64,000 nt of DNA from Cyanidioschyzon merolae. Its lineage: Eukaryota. Each line of letters begins with the position of its first letter. Within the stretch, counting starts at the first letter, position 1. A program made the translations under genes and the position numbers. The notes under the pieces are model-generated. The model was not told where the DNA came from. It searched no databases and worked only from the letters and a program-made list of their open reading frames with translations. This document shows positions 22,297 to 33,523 of the stretch, piece by piece. The stretch lies in the NCBI GenBank assembly GCA_000091205.1, contig AP006494.2. One strand, given 5' to 3'.

Positions 22297-23065
22297 ATTT
22301 TCAGAGGGAAGTCCGGGTTGTGGCCAGAGGACTTGAGGGAGTTTGGAATATAGTGCCGGTCGTTTCCCTGGTTGCTGTCACCGTCGTGGACTCAGAGATC
22401 CTTGATTAGATACAGCGATCCTGCACCTGTAAAGACTCCAGAGGTCTATGCTTGGGCGCGGAGCGCTCTCGAGTGCAGCCATGGTAGGCAGGCATGCGCT
22501 TGCGCGTTTCTGCGTTGCTCCATTGAAGCGGTACAGATTCCGTTTATGTGTAAGGCAATAGAGATCCACATCTGCAGGCAGCTATAAAGAGTATATGTGG
22601 AATGGTGTCTCTGGGAATAGCAATGGAAACGATTCAGATCCCCGCGCAACGCATACCAAGTTTGCCGACTTGAGCTCTGTTCAAATGTAAAGCATACGCT
22701 GGCATGCGTGCATCATATACAGACTCATCTGCATACGATACACCATGTCTTTCGGTACTCTAGTACAGCAGTTTCGCGAGATCCAAACCTCGGCGTAGGA
22801 ATCAGGTACTTTTCGCAACGCAGTGGATCCAGTGACATATCCAGCGATTCAAGAGCTTATTGGAGGCCGCGCTTTGCGTTCATACCATATGAGGCAGTTT
22901 GCGGTATTTGGTCCCAATCAGGGTATACAACGTGTGACTTGTTTATCATTGCCAGTCCTCGCTGGTGCTGCATCCCCCAAGCGCGATTCTCCGCGATATT
23001 GGCAGGAATGTGAGATTCTTTTCCGTCGAACAATCGCAGCTAGTGCTCGAGTGGATCTCAAAGCG

Positions 23066-23638
23066 CTATCGGGTGCATTCGGGTTCAGTGCCGTTGCTCG
23101 ACTTGCTAAGAAAAGAAGACGTTGCTTGCTCGAGCTCCATGTAAAAGCACTCTTCTAAGAATTTTCCTTCATTCGAGAAGAAGCGCGTGATATCGCTTGT
23201 CCATACCGTTTCCCTAGGTGCTCGTCCCGAGACGATCATCCTAAATCGAACTCGAAACTCTGTCGCGTACTGTGGCACTCGATCGAAACGAAAAAACAGG
23301 CTCATACGGTCAGAGCGTGGTGGCCGGGACGTCTTGCAACCCCGGAACGACCAGCGTTCAATCCGGAACAGGACGACGAGCCACGCAAATACTGTACATC
23401 CGGTCACCAGCGTCAGAAACAGAATCGATTTACCTTGTTCTGCAAGAAAAGTTTTGTTCGGCGTGATCAAGCCAAGAGCGGTGCCAAGGAGCGCACCACA
23501 GCTTGCAACGGCCACGAGCCACTCTGCAGCTGTGCAAGGCGTAAAACGGTGTTGCGCAACCAGATAGCAGATGATTTCGCGTTCCACGTGTCGACAGAGA
23601 CTGATAAGATCGTCAGGGAAACCAGGAACAGGAGCCAT
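23066..23638 (-). CDS. Hypothetical small membrane protein with two predicted TM helices
   Basis: The 190-aa ORF has hydrophobic segments 'WLVAVASCGALLGTALGLI' and 'ILFLTLVTGCTVFAWLVVLF'. I recognise no conserved family, so it could be spurious. Confidence 0.25.
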   Translation of the reverse strand: MAPVPGFPDDLISLCRHVEREIICYLVAQHRFTPCTAAEWLVAVASCGALLGTALGLITPNKTFLAEQGKSILFLTLVTGCTVFAWLVVLFRIERWSFRGCKTSRPPRSDRMSLFFRFDRVPQYATEFRVRFRMIVSGRAPRETVWTSDITRFFSNEGKFLEECFYMELEQATSSFLSKSSNGTEPECTR

Positions 23639-23749
23639 CGACCGGAGGAATCAAATGAGGCGTAACGTAACGCTGCACCAAGAACGGTGCGCGTAGACAC
23701 ACAGTGTTTAGTAGAACGATGAACATGCTACGACCACGCAGGGTAAATT

Positions 23750-24050
23750 GATGTTCAGACGCAGACGCCTCCCCATCTTTTACGACCGGCCACTGGTATC
23801 AGCTTCTGCTTCTCCTTGCGCAATTCGAGCCTAAGAGGTTTCCCCATAAAGTTCGCTCTTTCCAGCTCCGCGGGTCTCATATTCAGTACTGTACATCGTC
23901 TGACAATGACGGCGGCGTTGAGGTTTCGGTTCAGGAACTTTATGTGTTTCTTACATCTATTAGAGCTCTTCATTGCAAGGAGTTCTCGAACTCGTGCCCT
24001 CTGTGCCAGCAAAGTCTCGTCATCATCCTGGCCGGGAAACACCTTTTTTC
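23750..24050 (-). mobile_element. Degraded fragment of an R3-type unit carrying the TnpB-N-terminal-like block, in inverted orientation
   Basis: Minus-strand ORF 23755-24042 reads '...NAAVIVRRCTVLNMRPAELERANFMGKPLRLELRKEKQKLIPVAGRK'. This is homologous to '...NAPIKIRRYAVLKTRPAELTRANFAGQHPRLEVCKGRLKPTVGGR' but more diverged than the other copies. Confidence 0.45.
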
Positions 24051-24577
24051 TCGCCTATCTCCCATCTTCGTCTCCTTCTTCGTCGTAACATACGCTTCTT
24101 CGCTCTATGGTCGGCGAGAGGAGGATACTATTCGTTTGTTTTCCGGCAGCCGGCGATGATGATCCTCTAGGATCCCCGGCTTTCATGTCCAAACCTTTCC
24201 TTTAGATTTTTTATTCTTTAAAAAGAGACATACATCGAACACGTCAGCCATGAACCCCGAAAAGCACCTGACGATATTCACTTGGGAGTGGGACATAGTT
24301 ATCAAAAATATATAGTTTCAGGCGATTCTGTCCGGTTTCTCTGAAAATCGAAGCGCTCTCGAGATTGCGCACGCGGGGCCAATGCTTCGCCGCGCCTGCA
24401 GTGCATGCTCCTGCTGAACGGTCGCTGCAGGGGTCACGAATGCGCCAGCGCAGCCTAATTGGGACACCAAGCCCTAGAGCTCGTTACGTGCATATACAGT
24501 TCTGTCCATAAATGAACAGGAGCTCGCTCGCCGAGCAATAGTCACGCCAAGCGTGACGCGGCGGATACTGTTCTCGA

Positions 24578-25342
24578 ATGCCGGTTAGTGCGCATGATAG
24601 ATTTTGTCGCTGGCGGTGTTTGAACCGTCAACGCATTCAGCGAGGCAGCAGTGCGGCTCTGAACCTTGCACTTTTCATTTACACGGCAACAAACATGCGA
24701 GCTGGCACTGTGACTTTCGTGGCCTCCCTTGGTAGCCTGCGGAATTTCGGGACTTTCGCGGTGGCGGGACCGAAGCAAGCTGCACCGCGGCGGAACTCGA
24801 GCGAGGCCCGTGTGTGGTTGCGACGCTCGCCCTCAGAACGTCGAGTACCCAAGTTTCTCGTACGAGCATCTTCGCAGGAGGATAAAGATACAGGTAAAGC
24901 GGGGGACCGTGGCTCTTTTGGCTCCAACGAGGAGGCAGCGTCTGGTGTCGGGAAACCGCAAGGAAGAAACAACTTGCAGCCGTCACTGGACCTGGGCTTC
25001 AGTTCGGAGTACTTGACCTTCTTGGATAGCGTTGAGCTTCCGGAATCGTTTCCGAGTTATTCACACTGGTTAAACCTGCCGAAGGGGAGACCGGAATGCG
25101 AGCAATGCCGCGGAGCAGGCGAAATTTTATGCCCGGTGTGTGAGGGCAAGGGTTACTACGCTCTTGAGATTCTCGGCACCGTAAGTGCTGGACAGTGCGG
25201 CATGTGCCGCGGTACGAAGAAATGTCCGTGTCCGACATGTAAGGAGCATATCTATCTCGCGATGAGCGACCACGGGGCATTTTCGCGCAAAGGCAGTGAG
25301 ACAAGCACTGACGAACAGGTCAGCCGTTTCGGTGTCTCCTGA
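24578..25342 (+). CDS. DnaJ-type zinc-finger (CxxCxGxG repeat) protein, BSD2/LQY1/PSA2-like, with a presequence-like N-terminus
   Basis: The C-terminal region 'CEQCRGAGEILCPVCEGKGYYALEILGTVSAGQCGMCRGTKKCPCPTCKEH' contains four CxxC(xGxG)-type motifs, as in the DnaJ zinc-finger domain. The N-terminal ~100 aa are S/R/A-rich. The overlapping minus-strand ORFs look spurious. Confidence 0.5.
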   Translation: MPVSAHDRFCRWRCLNRQRIQRGSSAALNLALFIYTATNMRAGTVTFVASLGSLRNFGTFAVAGPKQAAPRRNSSEARVWLRRSPSERRVPKFLVRASSQEDKDTGKAGDRGSFGSNEEAASGVGKPQGRNNLQPSLDLGFSSEYLTFLDSVELPESFPSYSHWLNLPKGRPECEQCRGAGEILCPVCEGKGYYALEILGTVSAGQCGMCRGTKKCPCPTCKEHIYLAMSDHGAFSRKGSETSTDEQVSRFGVS

Positions 25343-25564
25343 TATTCGCAACTAGCCACAACGGGAACCAATGCTGCTTTACGATGCTAAGGAACGTGGG
25401 TGACGAGATGAACAGCAGTTTAGTCCCTATACAATGGAAGTCGAGCCTGCTCAGCGCTACTGAATGGCACAGTATCTTTAGACGGAGACAGCTCGGAGTT
25501 CAGGAGGCTCACTTACTCAGCTGCCACCTGGTGCCCCCCCCCCGTGATGGTTGCTCGAATGCTT

Positions 25565-26407
25565 TTACAAGTCCTGTGGATCGTCGTCGTCTTCAATCTG
25601 GTCTGTGTTGGACTTGATGCCATCCAAACCGACTTTCAATGCAAATATGCCTGTAGTAGCTGCCAGCAAGGATACTAGAACGATTACGAAAATCGGAATA
25701 CTGACCATCAACAAAAGAGCAATCCAAACAAATGCCGCAGTTATCGCGCCTGCACACGAAACGAGTACAGTAAGGGCTGCACAAAGGACAGCGTACAGAA
25801 TGCTAATAGTTATCGTTAGCAAGTATACCAGCAAGGTACACACGAGGACAGTCGTCACCCATGCGCTGTATTCGTTAACCAACGAACCCGAGCGGAGCTC
25901 TTCCGCAATGAACTTTGACCAGCGACCGAGAGCTTTGGAGGCATGCACACGAACTCTATTCATGTTCGGGAAGCGTGTGCGATATAGCCCCACTCTTGTA
26001 GTCTCTGCACTGGACAGTTTTGGTTGCGACGAACTTGAATGCAAATAAAGAGGGGTTTCAACGTTTTCATGTCCTGCCATTTTTACGCATAAAACCGGCG
26101 ACTGCTCAACTGTTCGCCTTATCAGCGCGGGCTTTTCGTCGACCTCGCTAGTCGGGGCTTCCACGGAAACCCAACTGTCCACGGGCGCCTCCCCGTCCAG
26201 GTTGCCTGAACTAGTTTCAGTTCCAGCGAACGCTTTCGTGCAACGAGGTGCTTCCTGCCTGTCTGCGTTCGGGCTTTTTTGGTTTTCAGCAGTCGCGATG
26301 CTGTTCGAGTGTCCTCCTGTCTGTGGCTCGGTGCGGGGCCGTTCTGTTCTGGACTCTGGCAGTTCGCACTGTCCCCCCGGTTCCGCAAGGTGCGCGGATA
26401 CGTCCAT
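25565..26407 (-). CDS. Hypothetical membrane protein with a C-terminal cluster of 2-3 TM helices
   Basis: The 280-aa ORF has a very hydrophobic stretch 'TTVLVCTLLVYLLTITISILYAVLCAALTVLVSCAGAITAAFVWIALLLMVSIPIFVIVLVSLLAATTGIFAL'. I recognise no family. Confidence 0.3.
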   Translation of the reverse strand: MDVSAHLAEPGGQCELPESRTERPRTEPQTGGHSNSIATAENQKSPNADRQEAPRCTKAFAGTETSSGNLDGEAPVDSWVSVEAPTSEVDEKPALIRRTVEQSPVLCVKMAGHENVETPLYLHSSSSQPKLSSAETTRVGLYRTRFPNMNRVRVHASKALGRWSKFIAEELRSGSLVNEYSAWVTTVLVCTLLVYLLTITISILYAVLCAALTVLVSCAGAITAAFVWIALLLMVSIPIFVIVLVSLLAATTGIFALKVGLDGIKSNTDQIEDDDDPQDL

Positions 26408-27225
26408 CGAAGTAAGTAGCGCTTCGAATGCGGAGCCTCCAGTTCACGACACTGTTACACAACAGCAAACGAAAAACCGAAGCAGAGTCTGCGTCTCCAG
26501 AGAGCTACACAACCCATTTGGAAACGTTTGCAAATGAACGCGGAAGACGATGGTTGTTCGCGTGCGCGCAGCAACGCGGATTCTTCTGCTTGAGAGAACG
26601 TTCGTGCTGATCAGGGATATGCAACTACACGAGAATTATCGTCAACCGGGAAAGCGTCTATGATTCTTCATCCTGGACCAAGTTCCAGCTGCTACAAACC
26701 GTAATCCCCTTTCGATGTAGTGAGTCGTTCGTGAGTTCATCGAAGGCCGGGGGCCTGCCGTGAGCGCCCGGAATAGCTGCTCGGAGATATCCGCCTGGGC
26801 CGTTGTCCGAGCGCGCGATATATCGCTGGTCCCCGAAATAAGAATCTTTCTAGCCTGCACAGTGTTTCCAAATGTACATTGTTTGGAATCAATTACTAGG
26901 CCAGAAAACACCACATCAGGGGCTAAGATTCGTCGAAAAGTCACATATACACCGGGTGCGATCGCAACTCACATGACTGCACGTTCGCAACAAGAGCGAA
27001 GGAATATTATGTAGCCACATAAGTTAACCCTGCGAGTTGCAAATCGCAGTTGAAAACATAAGAAAAAGAGCCCAACGCGGCTAAGGATCATGACCAAGAA
27101 AGGTTTTCTGTCTTCCACTTCATTTCCTCGACTTTATGCTTGAGTGTCGACTCCGCAGGCATCGCGACCTGTCCGTGTAAGGGCGTGACTAGATGATACA
27201 TTCGTCCTGGCGTCTACCGAAACCT

Positions 27226-30200
27226 TCATCGAAGCACCGCGACCGTCACTCCAGATCCCCCATCTGAAGGGCTCGCTTCCTGGAAACTGTCCACATGCGG
27301 ATGGCCACGCAGGTACTCTCGCACAACGCTCTTCAGCCGTCCAGAACCGTGTCCATGAATGATCCAGAGCGATCCCATCTGCACACTGCGATCTATCGCA
27401 GAATCCAGAGCAGATTCTACTTCGTGTGCCCGCATACCCCTGAGGTCCACGGTGTTTCGGTCAGTGCGCACCAGCACTGGCGAGGAGAGCCCGCTGGCCG
27501 GCTTCTCAGCTTCGACACGACGCCGTGGCGATCGTTCCGTGGCCATTGTGGTCGATGCTTCAGTCGGGCGCTGAACAGACACGACTTCCTGGACAGCAAT
27601 TGTTGCTGTCAGGTTCCCCAGTGCAACACGTATACGTCCATCGGGAAGTTTCTGGGTCACCCGCAAGGGAGATGATCCGAGCTTCGGTACCATGACATAA
27701 TCATTCGTGTCCACCGTTTCCGGGTTGATTTCCCGATCATCGTCTCGTTCCAATCCCGCTAGGGCCATTGTTGCTTCCGCGACTTTTGCTTCCAGGGTAT
27801 TTGCAAGGGTGTTACCTTCCGACGATGCCATTTCATTGCGTCGAAGGCGCTGCAGTGCTTCCCGAAGCTCCTGACGCACTTGTTCTAATTCCGCTTCTAA
27901 TGCCCGCTTAACTTCTTCGATTGCCTCCTTGCGATGTCGCTCTAGTCCTGCAAGTCGCTTCTCGTGCTCCTGTCGCATTCGCTCCATTTCCCGTGCTTCT
28001 TGGCGTGCTCGTTCCAGGTTCTGAAGCTGCTCCACGCGAATCTTTTCAACCTGCTCCATGAGGCGGCTCATATTCTGCGGAGAGCTCGATCCGCTCCCAG
28101 GACTCAGTGGCAAAGAGTCCGGGCTCGAGCCTACACCGACCGATCGTTCGAGTAGGTTTTCCGCTTCTTGCAAAATGTCGTGATCGAGCCCGAGTCTGCG
28201 GGCAACCAGCAGCGCATACGACCTCCCCGCTACACCCCAGAGAAGTCGGTACGTAGGTTCCAACCGGTCCGTGTCAAATTCAACGGAGACGTTTTCGTAT
28301 CTAGAGGGTTCCATAAAAAAGAGAGTCTTCAGTTCACTATGATGCGTTGTCACAAAGACGAAGCGAACGTTTTTCTTCTCGACCAGGTAGCGAACAAGGG
28401 CGATGCCAAGCGCAGCTCCCTCAGCCGGATCCGTTCCAGCACCAAGCTCATCCAGAAGCACCAGCGAGTCCGCAGTCGCACACTGAAGAATCTCACCTAT
28501 TCGTCTTATATGGCCGCTGAATGTTGACAAATTTTGCTCTAACGACTGTTCATCTCCAATGTCTGCAAGTACTCTGTCAAAGTACGGCACAGTGACATCT
28601 TCATCGAGTAGCGTGGTCGGCGACATATTCGGATCAGCGTGTCGCCGAGGAATCGGAATGCCGCTCTTTGCCATGAGCACTATGAGACCGAGGGTCTTCG
28701 CCGCTAGGGTTTTTCCTCCGGCATTCGCTCCAGTCAGGATGGCGGCGGAAGCAATTCCCCGTAAATGAAAGTCAATCGGTACCACGCTCTCCATCGATTT
28801 GAGCGAGCGCCACAAAAGTAGCGGATGGCATGCACCGCGAATGTCCACTGGCATCTCACTATCTGCAGCGAAGCGCACCAACGAAGCGCCGATATGCCGT
28901 GCGTAACGGGCTCGGGCCACCGAGAAATCAATGTCAATCAGGGCCTCAAATGTGCTACTGAGCCGGACGCTCGCAGCATGCAGTCGCTTACTCAGCTGAT
29001 TCCAAATGTCGCGTTCGATTGCGGATTCCCTGCGACTGAGGCGACGTAATTCGCTATTCAACTCCACAATCGCATGCGGCTCAACGAAAACAGTGCTCCC
29101 AGTGTTACTGTAATCGTGCACGATTCCTGGTATTCTCCGCTTGTGGGTCGCCTTCACTGCAAGCACCTGGCGATCGTAGCGCGTCGTTGGCGTCCGATCC
29201 TGTAGAGCATCTCCTTTGCTCTGAATGATTCGCTGTAGTTCGTCTTTTATTCGCTCTTTAATTCGCTGCAACTGCGTTCGAACTACTCGAAGTTCATCGG
29301 ATGCAGTTTCGCGCGGACGACCAGTTTCGTCGAGTGTCGCAAATATCTCTGATGCTGCCGCACTGACGGGCTGAACCCGATCTAGAATACTTTGCAATTC
29401 TGCTGAGCACTTCTGCACAGCAAGAGGTTCTGTGTGCATCTGATTCGTACAGCTAGTGCTGTCAAATGCTGGTGAAGACATGTATGCGTCCGGGGAGGCC
29501 GAACTCGAATCCATGAGGCATTCCGCGGAAGCCTTTTTCAAGTTCGCCGCTACCTGCACGAAATTGGCAATGCGAAGCAGCTCTTCTCCTTCGAGATTAC
29601 CTTTTTTGTGGAGCCTTTGAATAAGTCCCTCGACATCCGGGAGCCGTTTCAGAACCTCAAACGGCGAGGTTGGCGTCCGCCTCTCAATAGTCACAACTTC
29701 AGCTGTTAGTTGCATAAGTCTTTCGCTTTGCTGTTTCGTTAATGATAGAAGATGAATCATTAGCCCTCTACTCAGGAGACGTTGCCTGCCCGTTTGCGTA
29801 AGCGCTAAACTCGACAAGCACTCAAGCACTCGGCCAAACTCCAAAAGTTCGGCTGTACTCTCCATAACTAGGGAAACCTGCTCGACCTGCTCCATCCCGA
29901 GAGAAGCAGTATTTGACTCTCGTGAAACCACCGTCTGGCCCAGGTTTTCTCCAGTTACACCCATAGCAGCGCCAGCTGTTGTTGCTGCTGCCGGAACGCT
30001 ATCTACGTCCGCCAAGAAGGCAGCATTCGGCCGCGCGTGCACTCGCTCTTGAGAAACACCGTGCTCTCCAGAGTCAACTGAACTGCACCGGACATGAAGC
30101 TTGCTGAAGCTGTAGATCGAGCCGGCCACATAACCGCGTATACGGGCACTAGCGCAGAACCTTGTTTTCAGAAGCGTAAACGAAGCACGGAGCTTCGCAC

Positions 30201-30315
30201 GTCTGTTCTCGACTGCATCCAGCGCCTGGCAGCTTTGGCAGTAAGAGACCCCAGTGCTGGACGTTTGGTTCCAATTCCGAGCGCTGATTACACTAGAGCT
30301 CTCAACTATGTACAT
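27226..30315 (-). CDS. mutS2: MutS2-family protein (MutS ATPase domain plus C-terminal Smr nuclease domain) with an N-terminal extension
   Basis: Walker A 'GANAGGKTLAAKTLGLIVLMAKSGIPIP'; 'LVLLDELGAGTDPAEGAALGIALVRYL'; C-terminal Smr 'TVDLRGMRAHEVESALDSAIDRSVQMGSLWIIHGHGSGRLKSVVREYLRGHP'. The ORF is 1029 aa. A coiled-coil linker (LQRLRRNEM...) sits between the ATPase and Smr domains, as in MutS2. Confidence 0.85.
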   Translation of the reverse strand: MYIVESSSVISARNWNQTSSTGVSYCQSCQALDAVENRRAKLRASFTLLKTRFCASARIRGYVAGSIYSFSKLHVRCSSVDSGEHGVSQERVHARPNAAFLADVDSVPAAATTAGAAMGVTGENLGQTVVSRESNTASLGMEQVEQVSLVMESTAELLEFGRVLECLSSLALTQTGRQRLLSRGLMIHLLSLTKQQSERLMQLTAEVVTIERRTPTSPFEVLKRLPDVEGLIQRLHKKGNLEGEELLRIANFVQVAANLKKASAECLMDSSSASPDAYMSSPAFDSTSCTNQMHTEPLAVQKCSAELQSILDRVQPVSAAASEIFATLDETGRPRETASDELRVVRTQLQRIKERIKDELQRIIQSKGDALQDRTPTTRYDRQVLAVKATHKRRIPGIVHDYSNTGSTVFVEPHAIVELNSELRRLSRRESAIERDIWNQLSKRLHAASVRLSSTFEALIDIDFSVARARYARHIGASLVRFAADSEMPVDIRGACHPLLLWRSLKSMESVVPIDFHLRGIASAAILTGANAGGKTLAAKTLGLIVLMAKSGIPIPRRHADPNMSPTTLLDEDVTVPYFDRVLADIGDEQSLEQNLSTFSGHIRRIGEILQCATADSLVLLDELGAGTDPAEGAALGIALVRYLVEKKNVRFVFVTTHHSELKTLFFMEPSRYENVSVEFDTDRLEPTYRLLWGVAGRSYALLVARRLGLDHDILQEAENLLERSVGVGSSPDSLPLSPGSGSSSPQNMSRLMEQVEKIRVEQLQNLERARQEAREMERMRQEHEKRLAGLERHRKEAIEEVKRALEAELEQVRQELREALQRLRRNEMASSEGNTLANTLEAKVAEATMALAGLERDDDREINPETVDTNDYVMVPKLGSSPLRVTQKLPDGRIRVALGNLTATIAVQEVVSVQRPTEASTTMATERSPRRRVEAEKPASGLSSPVLVRTDRNTVDLRGMRAHEVESALDSAIDRSVQMGSLWIIHGHGSGRLKSVVREYLRGHPHVDSFQEASPSDGGSGVTVAVLR

Positions 30316-32428
30316 GACTCGAAAAAATCAGAAACAAAATCTCAGTAGACGAGGATTCACCATATCACGCTGCAGAAGTGCTGCTCCACAGAAGTAATTC
30401 AATCGCAGCGCGTTGAGAAGATTGATCAGTCCCGCCGAGGCGCTAGCGACGCCATCGAAAAACACACTTTTCAGACACTGTTGACGAATTCTGTTATGTC
30501 TGTTTGTACCAGAAAAGCTCTGAAATAACAGCAACGAAGAGCGGTCGCTACAAAATACCGCGGAACTCCACAAGACGCACTGCACCTCCAGGTTGAGCTT
30601 ACAACGCCTCGTTTGCGATGGGCTCTCGAACGCCTGCCACAGGCACAGCGTTGTTCGACTCCGTACTACGCTTGGCTCGTGAGAAGAGTTTGGCAAAATG
30701 GCCGGACACGGAAATCCGTAAAGCGGTTTCCTGGGCGCTGCTTGCAGCGAATGAGGCAGGGCGGACTGGCAGTGAGCACGGGTACCCTGAGTTGGACGCA
30801 CTGTTGCGCGCCTGGTTAGAGGAGAACCCTTCTTGGCAATCAGAGTTCTTGGAAAGGTTGCATACAGTGCTTTGTGACCCGAACGTTTCCCACGCTTGCG
30901 CCCAACCGCCACGTTCGAGGCAAACGAGTAACTCGTTCGAGGAATATGCATCAAACCTTTGTGTGACGTTGCTCGCAACCAGACTGAGCAAAAACGTTCT
31001 CAACAATCAGGTTTCACTTGTGCTAGACCCGTCTCACATCAAGTGATTCGGATGTGCGCTTTCCGATGTTTTGCGGTGCTCAGAAGCTTTTCTTAGTCGA
31101 ACAATTTAGTGAGTTTTCCACGATGCGAGAGAAGAATTTTGCAGTCACGTTCGTAGGGCTTTACGAAACTGGGACAGCCAGGGGCGATAGGTGAGCGATC
31201 CAGTGCAAGAGCAATGTCAGAGGGGGCGACTTTTTCGAAGCACGCGTTTTGCGCAGAAATCTTGGAAATGAGGTCGAATAGTCGAGCGCGCTCTCTGTGG
31301 AAGCATTACGAGCTCAAGACGGGCCAGGCCTCCACCCGTGCTTCACATGGACGTCATCGCCTGGCCAGGAGCTTTCTTTCGTATGTTCAGTGGCAGGCAT
31401 ATCGAAAGACAGTGCAGCAGCAGCAACTGGTCTCGTTTCCGCTCCCGCTACTTTCGAGACCTCGCTCATGGTCGTTAAGCTAAGCTCCAAATAAAACCAA
31501 AGATGTCATAAATGGTAGCGCACCTGCTTTAAATTATTCTGTATTTCACAGGTCATGAAAAACGCCTTGCCTTTATCACGGAGAGTCGGTTCTCTGCTCG
31601 CAATGCGATGGCCTATCCCGGTTGTGTACCCTGGGCAGCACGATAGAACCGCTGATTATGCGGGTCCATTTCTCGGGGGGCAAAGTCGGATGTTCCAGGT
31701 TACTGTTCATGCGTTCCGCATCATGAGAAGATAGATACAGGGTTAATGAGTCTTGTCCATATAGTCTTTCAACTCAATTTGGTTTCATCGCTGTTGCGGT
31801 GTATAGCAGGGGATCGAAAATCTCTATTCGACGCACTCTCTAGATCGTAGACGAATTGCCTTAAGGATATATGCTTCACTGCAGTGTGCATGGATGGCTG
31901 CGTACCTCCTTCAGGGCAGTCACATCGCAGTGCTCAGATGCCTGAGGAATACTGAAAGGAAGAAGTGTATGGGCTCCGCGCCAAAAATCGATATTCTTAA
32001 AGACTGATTGGGTTCAATGGTAGAAAATGACCCGTTGATCACCTTTTACGAAAAGCGAAGGCGACTATAGTAACCACTATGACCGTCCCTGTTCTCAAAA
32101 GCTTGTTCGTGTTATCCTGAATCACTGGGATACAGTCGCAAAATAACTTAGTTCACACACAACTATCTTTTATCGAAGTTGCGACGAAAGAGTTCCTGGA
32201 ACGTTGCGATCGTTATGAAGAACAGGGACACCGACCAGTTTTCCGAGTCGATGAGACTTCCTTCCGAAAACACGGTCGAAGCATATGTAGGTCTTCGCAG
32301 AGAACGGGCTCGTTGTATGTATGATCGAACTCGAAGAGAACGTAGATATTATCTGTTCAAGCTACTGTGGATTCATATGGCGGCGTCAACTTCAACGCTG
32401 CAGAGCGGGCCGTACTACCTAGTGGCGC

Positions 32429-33523
32429 TTGTGCGTTTTTGAAACCATGAGTTTCCAGAGCTCTGTTTTGCAAAACTCCCGAGAAGATATTTCAGAGAAT
32501 GCCGTAAGAGCTAGGAGCTCGTCCGTTGGTAGTGAAGGGGGTCGTACGAGCCAAACCGTTCTCGGAGTTGCCCGTCTGAGGAAGGTTGCCGTACAGCAAG
32601 TCAGCCGCATTTGGCACGCTGGAAGATGGCAGAATCTTCCAGATTTCACTCGTTTACTTCTCATTGCTCTTGTTTCCACCTATTGTCTGAGTTGGTACCC
32701 GCCGTTCACGCAGTTTTTCTCGTTTACGCCGGCTGAGACACTAGCAGGGCTGCGGATCTGGAACGTGGTCACGTACGGATTCGTTGAGGTTCACGCGCTA
32801 CACCTCTTTTTGACGCTCTTGGTACTCGTCACCGTAGGACGATCTTTAGAAGAAGTTTGGCGAGGATCGGAGTCTCCCGGCGGCTCAACGGAGCGCTTGT
32901 TGGAGCTTGCTATGTACGTGCTTTTCATCACAGCTTTCGCGAGCGTGCTGTCGTTCGTTATCACTTTTGGCGCGTTTTTGTGGTGGAAACTCCGTCCTGA
33001 GTACTTGTTTGCAAGTAGCGCTGGTTTCTATGCAGGAAATGTAGCTTTACTTGTCGCGTATGCTCGATACCGACCGGAGCAGACGTTTCCGAGCCTGGGC
33101 ACTCTCGCTCGTTTCGTTCCAGTCCGTACGTTTCCTCTGATGTATGTGAACACGATCGTATCCCTCGTTCCGTTGGTACCGACCCTATGGCTCTCGGGAT
33201 TGGTGACCATTTGCGCCTTTGTCGGTAGCTGGGGATACTTCCGATTCGCGAAAAAGTTTCAGTTGCCAACCCCGGAGGTCGCCGGGGCTCCCGCCGAATT
33301 CCCACTGTACATGTTGCTGCCAGAATTCGTCATGCACATCCTCCAGCGTGTTGGAATCATGCGAGGCGCATGCGGGGACCCCGGGACAACCTCTTTAGAA
33401 GATGGATCCACTGAACAACGGGATGATTCCGCCCGAAGACGCGCAACTGCTGCGAGCCTTCTAGATCAGCACCTATATCGTTCCGCCACCAATCAAGACG
33501 CAGTATCCCCGACGAATGTGTGA
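32429..33523 (+). CDS. Polytopic membrane protein, rhomboid-superfamily-like; possibly an inactive TMEM115/derlin-like member
   Basis: The 364-aa ORF has ≥6 hydrophobic helices. 'FASSAGFYAGNVALLVAY' resembles the rhomboid GxSG helix, but no downstream catalytic His is evident. The assignment is weak. Confidence 0.4.
   Translation: MCVFETMSFQSSVLQNSREDISENAVRARSSSVGSEGGRTSQTVLGVARLRKVAVQQVSRIWHAGRWQNLPDFTRLLLIALVSTYCLSWYPPFTQFFSFTPAETLAGLRIWNVVTYGFVEVHALHLFLTLLVLVTVGRSLEEVWRGSESPGGSTERLLELAMYVLFITAFASVLSFVITFGAFLWWKLRPEYLFASSAGFYAGNVALLVAYARYRPEQTFPSLGTLARFVPVRTFPLMYVNTIVSLVPLVPTLWLSGLVTICAFVGSWGYFRFAKKFQLPTPEVAGAPAEFPLYMLLPEFVMHILQRVGIMRGACGDPGTTSLEDGSTEQRDDSARRRATAASLLDQHLYRSATNQDAVSPTNV

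Noticed and set aside
30328-31046. ORFs 30328-30978(-) and 30618-31046(+) lie between MutS2 and the rhomboid-like gene. The plus-strand 142-aa frame looks helical and protein-like.
   Set aside because: It has no recognisable family, and the two ORFs overlap on opposite strands. A gene call would be a guess, so it is left unannotated but worth checking against RNA-seq.
32000-32080. 'gggttcaatggtagaaaatgacccg' resembles a tRNA D-arm (GGTTCAGTGGTAGAAT). A second candidate was the TPsiC-like 'gagtttcgatccc' at ~59125.
   Set aside because: I could not build a cloverleaf for either: there are no complementary D-stem or T-stem partners and no acceptor stem. They are likely chance matches, and no tRNA is called.
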